A DNA stretch of 42,575 nt, from NCBI GenBank assembly GCA_964458165.1, contig CAYWFI010000001.1, positions 1-42,575 of the forward strand, written 5' to 3'. Of the stretch, positions 17,341 through 26,263 are shown one piece after another. This stretch comes from an uncultured Candidatus Saccharibacteria bacterium (GTDB lineage: Bacteria > Patescibacteriota > Saccharimonadia > Saccharimonadales > JACDBH01). The notes beneath the pieces are model-generated. The model was given only the letters and a program-made list of their open reading frames with translations. It ran no database searches and was not told the origin of the DNA. Every line of letters begins with the position of its first letter. Within the stretch, counting starts at the first letter, position 1. Made by a program: the position numbers and the translations under genes.

Positions 17341-18234
17341 ATGAACTGGCAGGTACTGATAACGCTTCATGCCTTTTTTTCGGCGATGCAGGCCCTGCAG
17401 TTCCGTGCCATTGCTCGGGATAAAAAAGCCCGTCACGCCGCGCTGGCCGTCAATGCCATTGCTTTTAGCGCCTTGTATGTTTGCGGTCTGCTGATCCTGC
17501 CACTGCTAGGCGGGGTAGAGCTGCGCGAGTTCCTGGACAACTGGCTGTTGTACTTGACCACATCCACTTTGTTCGTGATGGCGCTATATCTGATGTACAA
17601 GGGTTTTACTCATATGGACAGCGCTACCGTCAGTGTGCTCGGTACCTCAGCCGCCCTGTTTACCGTTATTATCGCGGGTATTTTTTATGGCGAACGGTTA
17701 AGTGCCATGCAGTTTGTAGGCATCGCCATACTGCTGCCTTGTATCTGGTATGTACTACTGCTAGCTCGCGAGCAGCGCAAACTGTTTAACTTCCGCGACC
17801 TTAACTGGCTGCATGGCTTTTGGTTTATAATCGGCTCTAGTTTTTGCTTGGCGCTGGCCCATGTCTTCGAAAAAGACATCCTGACTCAATCATCGGTGGG
17901 CACATATATAGCCTACGGCTGGCTGTTGCAGGCGGCTGTGGCGTGGGTATTTTACTTCCTGTTCGGCCAGCACGCTAAAAAAGTGTTCAAGCAGCAAAAA
18001 ACCATCCGCAGTTCTCTGCAACTCGGCGTGGTGCGGGCAGCGACAGGGCTATTCTTTGTGCTGGCACTGGCCGAGAGCAACAATGTATCACTGGTGACGA
18101 CAGTAGCGAACTTCCGCATTATCATAGTGGCGGTGCTGGCGGGGGTGATACTTGGCGAACGCAAATTTTATTACAAAAAAATGGCGGCCGCGGCGTTGTC
18201 TGTGGTGGGCTTAAGTATTATTTTCTGGAATTAG
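17341..18234 (+). CDS. Multi-pass membrane protein, DMT/EamA-like transporter
   Basis: 297 aa with about 10 hydrophobic segments in a two-halves arrangement. The family assignment is tentative. Confidence 0.5.
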   Translation: MNWQVLITLHAFFSAMQALQFRAIARDKKARHAALAVNAIAFSALYVCGLLILPLLGGVELREFLDNWLLYLTTSTLFVMALYLMYKGFTHMDSATVSVLGTSAALFTVIIAGIFYGERLSAMQFVGIAILLPCIWYVLLLAREQRKLFNFRDLNWLHGFWFIIGSSFCLALAHVFEKDILTQSSVGTYIAYGWLLQAAVAWVFYFLFGQHAKKVFKQQKTIRSSLQLGVVRAATGLFFVLALAESNNVSLVTTVANFRIIIVAVLAGVILGERKFYYKKMAAAALSVVGLSIIFWN

Positions 18235-18264
18235 TTGCAAAGCATAAGCGTGACAGCTTACAAT
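18235..18264 (+). promoter_or_regulatory. Possible promoter TTGCAA-18 nt-TACAAT upstream of fba
   Basis: -35 at 18235-18240 and -10 at 18259-18264; GGTGGAG RBS before the ATG at 18293. Confidence 0.4.
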
Positions 18265-18292
18265 ACAGCTAACTAACGGTGGAGCTTATTCT

Positions 18293-19204
18293 ATGTCACA
18301 GACACTTACTAAAATCAGGCACAATACGGCTAGGGCGCGCGAGCTTATGCGCCGCAGCCGCGAGGAACACTTCGCTGTTGGCGCGTTTAACATAGACAAC
18401 CAGGAAACACTCATCGCGATTGCCCAGGCTGCTCAAAAAACACATAGCCCGGCGCTGGTAGAGGTGTCGGACGGCGAAGTCAAAGCCATAGGTCTGCAAA
18501 ATCTGCGCTGTCTGGTAGACAATTACAAGGCCGAGTACGGCATAGAGATGTATCTTAATCTCGACCATAGTCCAACTGTTGAAAATTGCAAACAGGCGAT
18601 TGACGCTGGTTATGAATTTATCCATATAGACATATCTCAAGCCAATCATGATGCTACCGAAGAAGAAATTATTGCTAAAACTAAAGAAGTCGTAGAATAC
18701 GCCAAGTTTACTGGCGCGCTGGTAGAGAGCGAGCCGCACTACTTTGGCGGTAGTTCCAATGTACACAAAGAAGCCTTTGACTACGAAGAAATCAAAAAGA
18801 CCTTCTCTACGCCAGAGGGCGCGCGGCATTTCGTAGAAGCCACCGGCATAGACACATTCGCGGCTGCCGTTGGCAATCTGCATGGCAGCTATCCGGTGCC
18901 AAAGCAGCTTGATCTTGACCTGCTGCGCCAAGTACGCGATGCGATTGGCTGCCAGATATCTTTACACGGCGGCAGCGGCACCCCAGGGCACTTCTTTGAA
19001 GAAGCTGCCCGTATTGGTGTCAGTAAGGTCAATATTAACTCTGACATGCGCATTGCTTTCCGTGACACGTTAGAAAAAGTACTTAGAGAAAACCCGGATG
19101 AATACGCTGTTATGAAGTTGATGCCTGAAGTCATTGGCGCTATCCAGGCGGTCGTAGAAGAAAAAATCGGTTTGTTTGGTTCTGGCGGCAAAGCCCAAAT
19201 CTAG
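18293..19204 (+). CDS. fba: Class II fructose/ketose-bisphosphate aldolase
   Basis: FAVGAFNIDNQETL, LNLDHS, LHGGSGTP and NINSDMR are class II aldolase motifs. Confidence 0.85.
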   Translation: MSQTLTKIRHNTARARELMRRSREEHFAVGAFNIDNQETLIAIAQAAQKTHSPALVEVSDGEVKAIGLQNLRCLVDNYKAEYGIEMYLNLDHSPTVENCKQAIDAGYEFIHIDISQANHDATEEEIIAKTKEVVEYAKFTGALVESEPHYFGGSSNVHKEAFDYEEIKKTFSTPEGARHFVEATGIDTFAAAVGNLHGSYPVPKQLDLDLLRQVRDAIGCQISLHGGSGTPGHFFEEAARIGVSKVNINSDMRIAFRDTLEKVLRENPDEYAVMKLMPEVIGAIQAVVEEKIGLFGSGGKAQI

Positions 19205-19278
19205 AAAATAGGAGCTAGAAACTAGAAAATAGTTGCCTCGCTTTGCTACTAGTTCCTAATTCCTATTTCCTAATTTCT
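19204..19278. repeat. Heptad-periodic palindrome, family B, copy 1
   Basis: Left arm GAAAATA GGAGCTA GAAACTA GAAAATA G. Right arm CTACTAG TTCCTAA TTCCTAT TTCCTAA TTTCT. The arms are roughly complementary and begin at the fba stop codon. Confidence 0.6.
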
Positions 19279-19336
19279 GTTTGTGTGGCAGAATAAGCGT
19301 AAGCGAAAATAATAACTTACAAAAGAAGGGTGGGGG

Positions 19337-20356
19337 ATGGCTGACAACAACCAACTGGATGTGCTGAGTGTCGGGGATGTCGTAACCGATGCTTTTATCA
19401 AGTTATTTGACGACAAGGCCGTTACTTACGTAGACGAGCACGGCGTTAAGACGCTGGCAATGGAATACGGCACTAAGATTCCGTTTGATAAAGCCATCGT
19501 GGTAGAGGGCGTGGGAAACGCCGCTAACGCCGCTGTCAGCCTGACGCGTCTGGGTCTTACTACCGGGTTTGTGACTAACGTGGGCGAGGACAAATACGGC
19601 CGCGGTATCATAGCCGCGCTTCATGACAAGCATATAGACACCCGCTATATTCGCGTTAACCCCGGCAAGAAAACCAACTATCACTACGTGCTCTGGTACA
19701 GGGAAGAACGCACGATTCTAATCAATCACGAAGATTACGAGTATATCTGGCCCAACCTGCGCGACCGTGAAAAACCGCGTTGGATCTATTTCAGCTCTAT
19801 TGCCGAAAACGCCCTAGACTTCCATGACGAGCTGGCCGACTGGCTAGACGAAAACCCAGAGGTCAAACTGGCTTTCCAGCCCGGTACGTTCCAGATGAAA
19901 GCCGGTGCTGAACGCCTGAGCCGTATCTATAAACACAGCAACATTCTGGTACTCAATAAAGAAGAGGCCGCGCTTGTCGGTGGCGGTGATATCAATAATA
20001 TTCACGACTTGTTCGACAAGCTGCACGCGCTCGGACCTGACGGTATGGTGGTATGTATTACCGACGGCCCGGCAGGGGCTTATGCTTCCAGTCCAGAGGG
20101 CCGGTTCTTCATGCCAATCTATCCTGACCCGGGTCCGCCGGTCGAGCGTACCGGCGCTGGTGATGCCTTTGCCAGCACCTTTACTGCCGCGATTATGCGC
20201 GGCAAATCCGTGACCGAAGCTCTTGCCTGGGGACCGATTAACTCTATGAATGTCGTCCAGCACCCTGGCGCGCAAGAAGGTTTGCTGTCAGAGGCCGAAA
20301 TCCAAAATCTTTTGGATCAAGCCCCGGACTGGTACGTTCCTAAGCCGATGGAATAG
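19337..20356 (+). CDS. PfkB-family carbohydrate/nucleoside kinase
   Basis: GVGNAANAAV and the C-terminal anion-hole motif TGAGDAFASTF. Substrate unknown. Confidence 0.75.
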   Translation: MADNNQLDVLSVGDVVTDAFIKLFDDKAVTYVDEHGVKTLAMEYGTKIPFDKAIVVEGVGNAANAAVSLTRLGLTTGFVTNVGEDKYGRGIIAALHDKHIDTRYIRVNPGKKTNYHYVLWYREERTILINHEDYEYIWPNLRDREKPRWIYFSSIAENALDFHDELADWLDENPEVKLAFQPGTFQMKAGAERLSRIYKHSNILVLNKEEAALVGGGDINNIHDLFDKLHALGPDGMVVCITDGPAGAYASSPEGRFFMPIYPDPGPPVERTGAGDAFASTFTAAIMRGKSVTEALAWGPINSMNVVQHPGAQEGLLSEAEIQNLLDQAPDWYVPKPME

Positions 20357-20465
20357 ATTTTTTAACTTCTTCTGATGAAGAGACAAATCTTCTAATGTTC
20401 TTTCTCCGGCCAAAGAACCAAAGGCCGCTTACTTTGGAGAGCCAAAGTAAGACAAAACTCCTGGG

Positions 20466-20622
20466 CCAAAATGTCTCTTGACTCGGCTCGTTGTCAAAAG
20501 CCACAATGCCGGGCAAAACTCACGGCTTTTCTTTCTGATTTTTATAGGCAGAAAAGTCGCTTAAACAATTGCCCGGACAAGAATTGTGCTTTTGACCAAC
20601 ACCCGAATCAGGAGCCATTTTG
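20466..20622. repeat. Long imperfect inverted repeat (about 50-bp arms)
   Basis: Left arm 20466-20516 (CCAAAATGTCTCTTGACTCGG...GCCGGGCAA) against right arm 20569-20622 (TTGCCCGG...CCATTTTG). Apical hairpin CTTTTCT/AGAAAAG at 20526-20532/20550-20556. Confidence 0.55.
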
Positions 20623-20726
20623 AATGCCCAGACCCAGGCTGCCATGGACAAATCGCTAAAGACAATTTGTCCTGTTTAGATCACGGTCTGACGGTCGTGA
20701 AAAGTGCGTGAAACAGGGGCGGAGTA

Positions 20727-20755
20727 TTGACAATACTTGACACGTGTGCTATAAT
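20727..20755 (+). promoter_or_regulatory. Consensus sigma70 promoter with extended -10: TTGACA-17 nt-(TGc)TATAAT
   Basis: -35 TTGACA at 20727-20732, TG at 20747-20748, -10 TATAAT at 20750-20755. Confidence 0.65.
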
Positions 20756-20861
20756 GTAAAATAAGAAGAATTCCTGAGTATACGGCTTCAATCCTGAATT
20801 CGCGAATTTGACTAGCTCAACGCCATACCTAGCATTTTTTGGTTTGTGGTAATATTAAGAA

Positions 20862-20967
20862 GTCTTACTTTCATTATAGGCCAGAAGCGCATTTTTGCGG
20901 TTCGCCGTGTAGAAACGGCACCGCATAAACAATTCGGCGAAAGCTGGCTTGTGAATGGAAGTAAGAC
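20862..20967 (+). promoter_or_regulatory. Candidate aptamer-like leader domain closed by a 10-bp helix
   Basis: GTCTTACTTT (20862-20871) pairs with GAAGTAAGAC (20958-20967). An internal hairpin spans 20896-20925 (TGCGGT..GCCGT/ACGGC ACCGCA), with GCCAG/CTGGC at 20880-20884/20944-20948. Confidence 0.4.
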
Positions 20968-20987
20968 ACCTTGCGGTGTCGTTTTTT
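20965..20987 (+). terminator. Intrinsic terminator/attenuator GACACC-TTGC-GGTGTC followed by G TTTTTT
   Basis: 6-bp stem at 20965-20970/20975-20980 and T6 at 20982-20987. It lies 30 nt upstream of the GTG start at 21019, and its 5' arm shares 20965-20967 with the leader closing helix. Confidence 0.55.
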
Positions 20988-21018
20988 CATTTCAAACTTA
21001 ATCTAGGAGATATAATCG

Positions 21019-21659
21019 TGCAGTCAATAATCGCATGGTTTATACAGGTTTTTTCGGCGACTACAGTAAAAGTCATTAGTATTGTTGCTGTAGCTATCAT
21101 TGGTGTGGGCGGGGTAACTTTAGCTGTGGTTCGGACGAATCAACACGGCGATCCCACGAGTAATCCTGATTCCGAAGCTATAATCTCTAACACAGATACA
21201 CAGATATCGGATTTAGAATCAGCAGAAGAGGCTACCGAGGAGCCAGTAAACACCGAACAACAATCGACACCAAGCCCAAGACCAGTAAGTAAACCAGTCA
21301 CCCCAAAACAACAATCAGGCGGTAATATACCTACACCTACACCAACACCTCCCTCTACTCCTCAATATCGTATTGTTGTTTCTGCGGACAAGTGCTCGAT
21401 AACATTCTACGGCAAAATAGGCTTCCAGTTCTCGTTAGCTGTCAGTGATGCGCCTAATTACCAGGATGCCATGAAAGGGGCTGGTAGCATAGACTTCTTT
21501 GAGTCATTGTCGGCCGACACGGTAAGTTACCTTACTGGTAGTTACCCGGACGATGCCATGTACCTCCATGGGAGACTGAAGGACAGTTCTGGAAGTATCA
21601 TAGCGTCTATGGACACATCCGCATCGACAACAGGATGCCCGCCATCTAACTATTTTTAG
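21019..21659 (+). CDS. Hypothetical membrane-anchored protein with a Pro/Thr-rich linker
   Basis: GTG at 21019 is preceded by AGGAG (21005-21009). N-terminal TM, linker PTPTPTPPSTP, and a roughly 90-aa C-terminal domain of unknown family. The ORF-track start at 20955 would span the terminator. Confidence 0.6.
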
Positions 21660-22383
21660 ATAGGGTCTCTGGCGCGTCGGGCGGCAGGGCGAAGACGGAT
21701 GTGGTTTCGCGGTGTTTATTTACGACACGCTTGATTTCTTCGACGTCGTCAGTAATTCTATAAAGCTCTTCATCCCCATGACTGATAGCGCCCAGGCCTG
21801 TCAGCATCTGGGATTTGATAAAGCCGTCCAGCGGACTCCAAAATTCCGAACTGACCAGTATGATTGGCACGGGCGGCATCTTGCCCGTCTGTACCAGGGT
21901 GATGACCTCGAATAGTTCATCCAGTGTGCCAAACCCGCCCGGGAAGCAAATAAGCGCGCTGGCGGCATAGGCCAGCATGACTTTGCGGGCGAAGAAATAG
22001 CGAAAAGGCATCGATTCGGTGGTATAGGCATTGAGCTGTTGCTCGTGCGGCAGCTCGATATTGAATCCAACCGACTTGCCGCCGGCCTCGTACGCGCCGC
22101 GATTGGCGGCTTCCATGATACCACTCCCGCCGCCAGTGATAATGGCAAAGCCCTCGTTTGCCAGCATTGCCCCAACCTCGCGCGCTTTTTTGTAGTGCGG
22201 GTTGTCTTCTAGGAATCTGGCCGAGCCGAAAACCGTGACGGTGTAGTTATATTTATTTATAACCTCAAACCCGGCTTTAAACTCCTTTTCTATCCGGCCT
22301 ATACGCTCCTCGGTTTGGTGATTGACAAGCTGCACTATGGCGTCACGGTGAGGCGTGTAAGCGCTGAGTTTTTGGTCTTGCAT
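21646..22383 (-). CDS. LOG-family (TIGR00730) nucleotide-binding protein / cytokinin riboside 5'-monophosphate phosphoribohydrolase-like
   Basis: GGGSGIMEAANRGA and PGGFGTLDELFE motifs. Confidence 0.8.
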   Translation of the reverse strand: MQDQKLSAYTPHRDAIVQLVNHQTEERIGRIEKEFKAGFEVINKYNYTVTVFGSARFLEDNPHYKKAREVGAMLANEGFAIITGGGSGIMEAANRGAYEAGGKSVGFNIELPHEQQLNAYTTESMPFRYFFARKVMLAYAASALICFPGGFGTLDELFEVITLVQTGKMPPVPIILVSSEFWSPLDGFIKSQMLTGLGAISHGDEELYRITDDVEEIKRVVNKHRETTSVFALPPDAPETLSKNS

Positions 22384-22396
22384 AATTGACCCTTAG

Positions 22397-22420
22397 TATA
22401 CCACTTAAGCTTAAGGTATA
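22397..22420. promoter_or_regulatory. Near-perfect palindrome in a divergent promoter region (possible operator)
   Basis: TATACCA CTTAAGCTTAAG GTATA; the 12-nt core at 22404-22415 is a perfect palindrome. Confidence 0.3.
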
Positions 22421-22514
22421 TTGTAGCAAAAACAACAACTAAAACGGCCAAATACAACTGTTAGATTATGAATTTAGTGTTATGCTGAAAGCTGGATACA
22501 AATGTGGGAGTCTT

Positions 22515-23753
22515 ATGCCAAGCCTGTTATCTGAACTGCTAGCCGCCGAAGAGCCGCTGTTTACTATGAGTCTAAAACAGCTCGAAGAAGCCGCCGGCCG
22601 GCCCGGTATGGATGTGCGCCTGATAAGCGATATCATTCAAAAATCCAGGGCTACTACAAAACGTCTGGGGCTGGATCCCGATGACACTACAGGCCGTGAG
22701 CTGTATCATGCCTTGCTAGAAAAAATCCGTATCCACGATGCCCATTTGGCCAAACACATCGGCGGCAGCGAACCGGACGACGTGCAAACTATGATACCGC
22801 TTATCAAAAAGGCCGTGGATAGGGCGCATTTACCGAGAAGTGCTTGGGTGCTAAAACGAAGCGTTGCCAAACGGATGCTGCAGGCCCAACCGCCCAATAA
22901 AATTATGGAGCACCTAGGCTACAGCTCGGTGGAGTCCATGATCAAACGCGAGAACTTATATGAAATTTATGGCGCGTTACGCTTTGCCGAATCACCGGCT
23001 TGGCTGAAGAAGTTCAATGGCGGCTACAAGCATCTGATGCCGTCTGATTTTGAGACGCGCGACATCGAGATCGTCCTGATGGACCGCGACCGTTGGGGTA
23101 ATATAGCCGAGGAATTCGTTAAGAAAAAGCGCCACAACATTACCCACCTAAAAGAACTGGGTGTGATACTTATGCTGCCAACTAAACTAGAGCGGCTGCA
23201 CGGCATTACCATCACCGCCTTGCCGCTGCTACTGCATTATCTGAACGAAATCCGTCTGTACAGCGCGTTTTTTAAGTTGCAACAGGTCAAATCCAACTTT
23301 GGCAAAATTATAGTAGAGACATTGAACGCCGACATTCGCTCAAGCGTAGTGATGGCTGGCAACCACGTGCATTGGCGCGTTATCCAACGCTACTACGGCA
23401 AGCTGGAGAACGAAAGCCATCCCGAAATTTTTGAACCGCATGTCCAGCCAGAGGACCTGCACTGGCGCCGGGCCGAGGAGCAGCTGTACCACATCGATCC
23501 GGAGCTGAGTTTCTGGAAAGACCTGGATTACGTCGGTATCATGGCCGGCAAAACACCAGTTAGTTTTAATCTGATGGATATCAGCATAGCTTATTGCACC
23601 GGCGCGCCTTATGAACACCGTCCCGTGTTCCACATGCGCGAGAGCTTGTGGAACGAGATCTTCATGCGTTACATGGGGCATAAGGTTTTAGAAGAGCAGA
23701 TATTGCAGCAGCTGGACAATAACATGATAAAACCCGAGAAGCTGCGCATCTAG
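22515..23753 (+). CDS. Hypothetical protein (412 aa), no recognisable domain
   Basis: ATG at 22515 preceded by GGGAG. Long uninterrupted ORF with ordinary composition and no TM segments. Confidence 0.65.
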   Translation: MPSLLSELLAAEEPLFTMSLKQLEEAAGRPGMDVRLISDIIQKSRATTKRLGLDPDDTTGRELYHALLEKIRIHDAHLAKHIGGSEPDDVQTMIPLIKKAVDRAHLPRSAWVLKRSVAKRMLQAQPPNKIMEHLGYSSVESMIKRENLYEIYGALRFAESPAWLKKFNGGYKHLMPSDFETRDIEIVLMDRDRWGNIAEEFVKKKRHNITHLKELGVILMLPTKLERLHGITITALPLLLHYLNEIRLYSAFFKLQQVKSNFGKIIVETLNADIRSSVVMAGNHVHWRVIQRYYGKLENESHPEIFEPHVQPEDLHWRRAEEQLYHIDPELSFWKDLDYVGIMAGKTPVSFNLMDISIAYCTGAPYEHRPVFHMRESLWNEIFMRYMGHKVLEEQILQQLDNNMIKPEKLRI

Positions 23754-23754
23754 A

Positions 23755-23874
23755 CAACCCACATATTTGGCACATGCCGGGCTAAAATCTGCGCTCCGCA
23801 CTCACCGTATGTCAAATACGCCTCATTTACGGTGCTCGCTTTTCATCCCGGACCGCACTCAAATATGTGGGTTG
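23755..23874 (+). repeat. Intergenic imperfect-palindrome repeat, family A, copy 3
   Basis: Perfect 15-bp outer stem CAACCCACATATTTG / CAAATATGTGGGTTG and inner CCGGG/CCCGG, with the same conserved core as copy 2. Confidence 0.75.
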
Positions 23875-23939
23875 TTGAGCCGGTGGTAAAATGTAGGTAC
23901 CAAGTTCAGAATAAGCACCAAGTAGAGGAGGGTCAGACA

Positions 23940-24206
23940 ATGGAAGAAACCGAACCGTATCTGACATCACAACCACACAGAGAACCTGATGGCAAAAGAT
24001 ACAAATTCAGCAAACGCGAAATCGGGTTGATAGTCGTCGTAATTATAGCTATTGTTGGTGCTGGAATTTTCGCCTGGCAGGTTGACAAAGAAAAGCAAGC
24101 AAGCGTCAATAGTTTCGAAGAATGTGTTGCCGCCGGTAACCCGGTGATGGAGTCCTGGCCCGAGCAATGCCGGGCTGGCGACCAGACATTCACCAAGCAG
24201 TACTAA
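23940..24206 (+). CDS. Small membrane-anchored protein with a two-cysteine C-terminal module
   Basis: ATG at 23940 preceded by GAGGAGG. TM LIVVVIIAIVGAGIFAW, then FEECVAAGNPVMESWPEQCRAGDQTF. Confidence 0.55.
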   Translation: MEETEPYLTSQPHREPDGKRYKFSKREIGLIVVVIIAIVGAGIFAWQVDKEKQASVNSFEECVAAGNPVMESWPEQCRAGDQTFTKQY

Positions 24207-24230
24207 CGGCCAATTTGTTACAATATATAG

Positions 24231-26198
24231 ATGGCCAAGTTCGAACTAAAGAGTAAATACACCCCGCAAGGCGACCAGCCGGCGGCCATTGATCGTATTA
24301 CCGGACTTCTTGGGGACGGACAAAAAGAACAGACCCTGCTGGGCGTAACCGGCAGCGGCAAGACGTTCACGATGGCCAATGTCATTCAGAATATCCAAAA
24401 ACCTACCCTGGTGCTGAGCCATAACAAAACCCTGGCCGCGCAGCTGTATAGCGAGTTCAAAAGCTTTTTCCCGAACAACGCGGTGCATTATTTTGTCAGC
24501 TACTTCGACTACTACCAACCAGAGGCTTATATTGCCCGAAGTGACACCTACATAGAAAAGGACAGCCAAATCAACGAAGAAATTGACAGGCTGCGTCATG
24601 CCGCTACCGACGCGTTGCTTACACGCAAGGACGTGATTATCGTGGCCAGTGTCAGCTGCATCTACGGTATTGGCTCGGTAGAGGATTACGCTGGTCTGAG
24701 CATCGAGGTAGCCAAAGGCAGCCGCAAAATCCGCGACAAATTCCTGCGCCAACTGACTGACATTCAGTATCAGCGTAACGATATAGATTTTCACCGCAGC
24801 ACTTTCCGCGTTCGCGGCGACGTGATAGATGTGTATCCTGCCAGCGAGGAGACGGCTTATCGGATTGAATTTTTTGGCGACGAGGTCGACCGCATCACCA
24901 ATGTCGATCCGCTGACGGGCGAGATCCTAAGCGAACTTGATAAGATTCAGATTTTCCCGGGCAGTCACTACGTGACACCATATGACAAACTCAAAATAGC
25001 GCTTGGACACATCAAACAAGAACTAGAGGAACAAACAAACCTGTTTCAAAAGCAAGGCAAACTATTAGAAGCCCAGCGCCTGGGCCAACGCACCAAGTTT
25101 GACCTGGAGATGCTGGAAGAAACCGGCTTTGTAAAAGGTATCGAAAACTACAGCCGCTACCTTACCAACCGCGCGCCGGGCGAACAGCCGGCCACATTGC
25201 TGGATTATTACCCTGACGACTACCTGATGTTTATAGACGAGTCCCACATGACTATCCCGCAGGTGCGCGGTATGTATAATGGCGACCGTGCGCGCAAGGA
25301 AGTGCTGGTCGAGCACGGTTTCCGCCTGCCCAGCGCGCTGGACAACCGGCCGCTCAACTTTGCCGAATTTGAACACCATATCAACCAAGTTGTTTATGTC
25401 AGCGCCACGCCGGCCGCTTACGAACTGGAACGCAGCCCTGAACCGACTCAGCAAGTTATCCGGCCGACCGGGTTAATCGACCCGCCCATCGAAGTGCGGC
25501 CAATCGAGGGGCAAATCGATGACTTGATTGCTGAAATACGAGATACAATCGCAAAGCGCCAACGAGTATTGGTAACAACGCTCACCAAACGCATGGCAGA
25601 AGATCTGACCGACTATCTAAAAGACATCAACATCAAGGTCACGTACTTGCACAGCGATGTAGACACGTTGGAGCGCACTGATATTTTGCGAGACTTACGC
25701 CTAGGTATCTACGACGTGGTGGTTGGTATCAACCTGCTCCGCGAAGGCCTGGACTTGCCCGAGGTATCACTGGTGGCAATCCTGGACGCTGATAAAGAAG
25801 GTTTCTTACGCAGCGAGCAAGCGCTCATCCAAACTGTTGGCCGTGCCGCCCGCCACATAGACGGTCGGGTGCTGATGTACGCCGATGTTATCACCGGCAG
25901 CATGCAGCGTACTATTGACGAGACTAACCGCCGCCGCGAAATCCAAGAGGCTTATAACAAAGAGCACGACATCACCCCGGCCGGCATCGCCAAAGCCGTA
26001 GGCGATAGTATGAGTGTGGAGATCTCAGGCGAAGAAGCCAAAAAAGCCAAGCTAGACCTCAAGAAAATTCCAAAAGACGAGTACAAACACTTGATCAAAG
26101 ATCTAACCGCCCAAATGGACCTGGCCGCCGCCAACCTGCAATTCGAAAAAGCCGCCGAACTACGGGATATTATCGCCGACGTAAAATCCAAACTGTAA
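24231..26198 (+). CDS. uvrB: Excinuclease ABC subunit B
   Basis: GDQPAAI, Walker [14 protein letters not shown] box, helicase motifs, and the C-terminal UVR domain ([11 protein letters not shown]). Confidence 0.95.
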   Translation: MAKFELKSKYTPQGDQPAAIDRITGLLGDGQKEQTLLGVTGSGKTFTMANVIQNIQKPTLVLSHNKTLAAQLYSEFKSFFPNNAVHYFVSYFDYYQPEAYIARSDTYIEKDSQINEEIDRLRHAATDALLTRKDVIIVASVSCIYGIGSVEDYAGLSIEVAKGSRKIRDKFLRQLTDIQYQRNDIDFHRSTFRVRGDVIDVYPASEETAYRIEFFGDEVDRITNVDPLTGEILSELDKIQIFPGSHYVTPYDKLKIALGHIKQELEEQTNLFQKQGKLLEAQRLGQRTKFDLEMLEETGFVKGIENYSRYLTNRAPGEQPATLLDYYPDDYLMFIDESHMTIPQVRGMYNGDRARKEVLVEHGFRLPSALDNRPLNFAEFEHHINQVVYVSATPAAYELERSPEPTQQVIRPTGLIDPPIEVRPIEGQIDDLIAEIRDTIAKRQRVLVTTLTKRMAEDLTDYLKDINIKVTYLHSDVDTLERTDILRDLRLGIYDVVVGINLLREGLDLPEVSLVAILDADKEGFLRSEQALIQTVGRAARHIDGRVLMYADVITGSMQRTIDETNRRREIQEAYNKEHDITPAGIAKAVGDSMSVEISGEEAKKAKLDLKKIPKDEYKHLIKDLTAQMDLAAANLQFEKAAELRDIIADVKSKL

Positions 26199-26263
26199 TT
26201 TCAGCTATTTGGTAGTATACTGACATCATAGTTTTTCAAGTTTATAATTTTCAGGAGTAAGTT

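Noticed and set aside
18296-18931. Long antisense ORFs inside well-supported genes (for example 18296-18931, 1760-2353, 15955-16464, 33816-34412, 35099-35629, 39499-39987, 40318-40803, 11968-12357)
   Set aside because: These are shadow ORFs opposite strongly identified genes (fba, pheT, tkt, gatB, dnaE, ppa). They lack an RBS and have biased composition.
20797-20808. Perfect palindrome AATTCGCGAATT in the leader, considered as an operator
   Set aside because: It is short and could equally be part of RNA structure, and there is no second copy. It is noted only within the leader finding.
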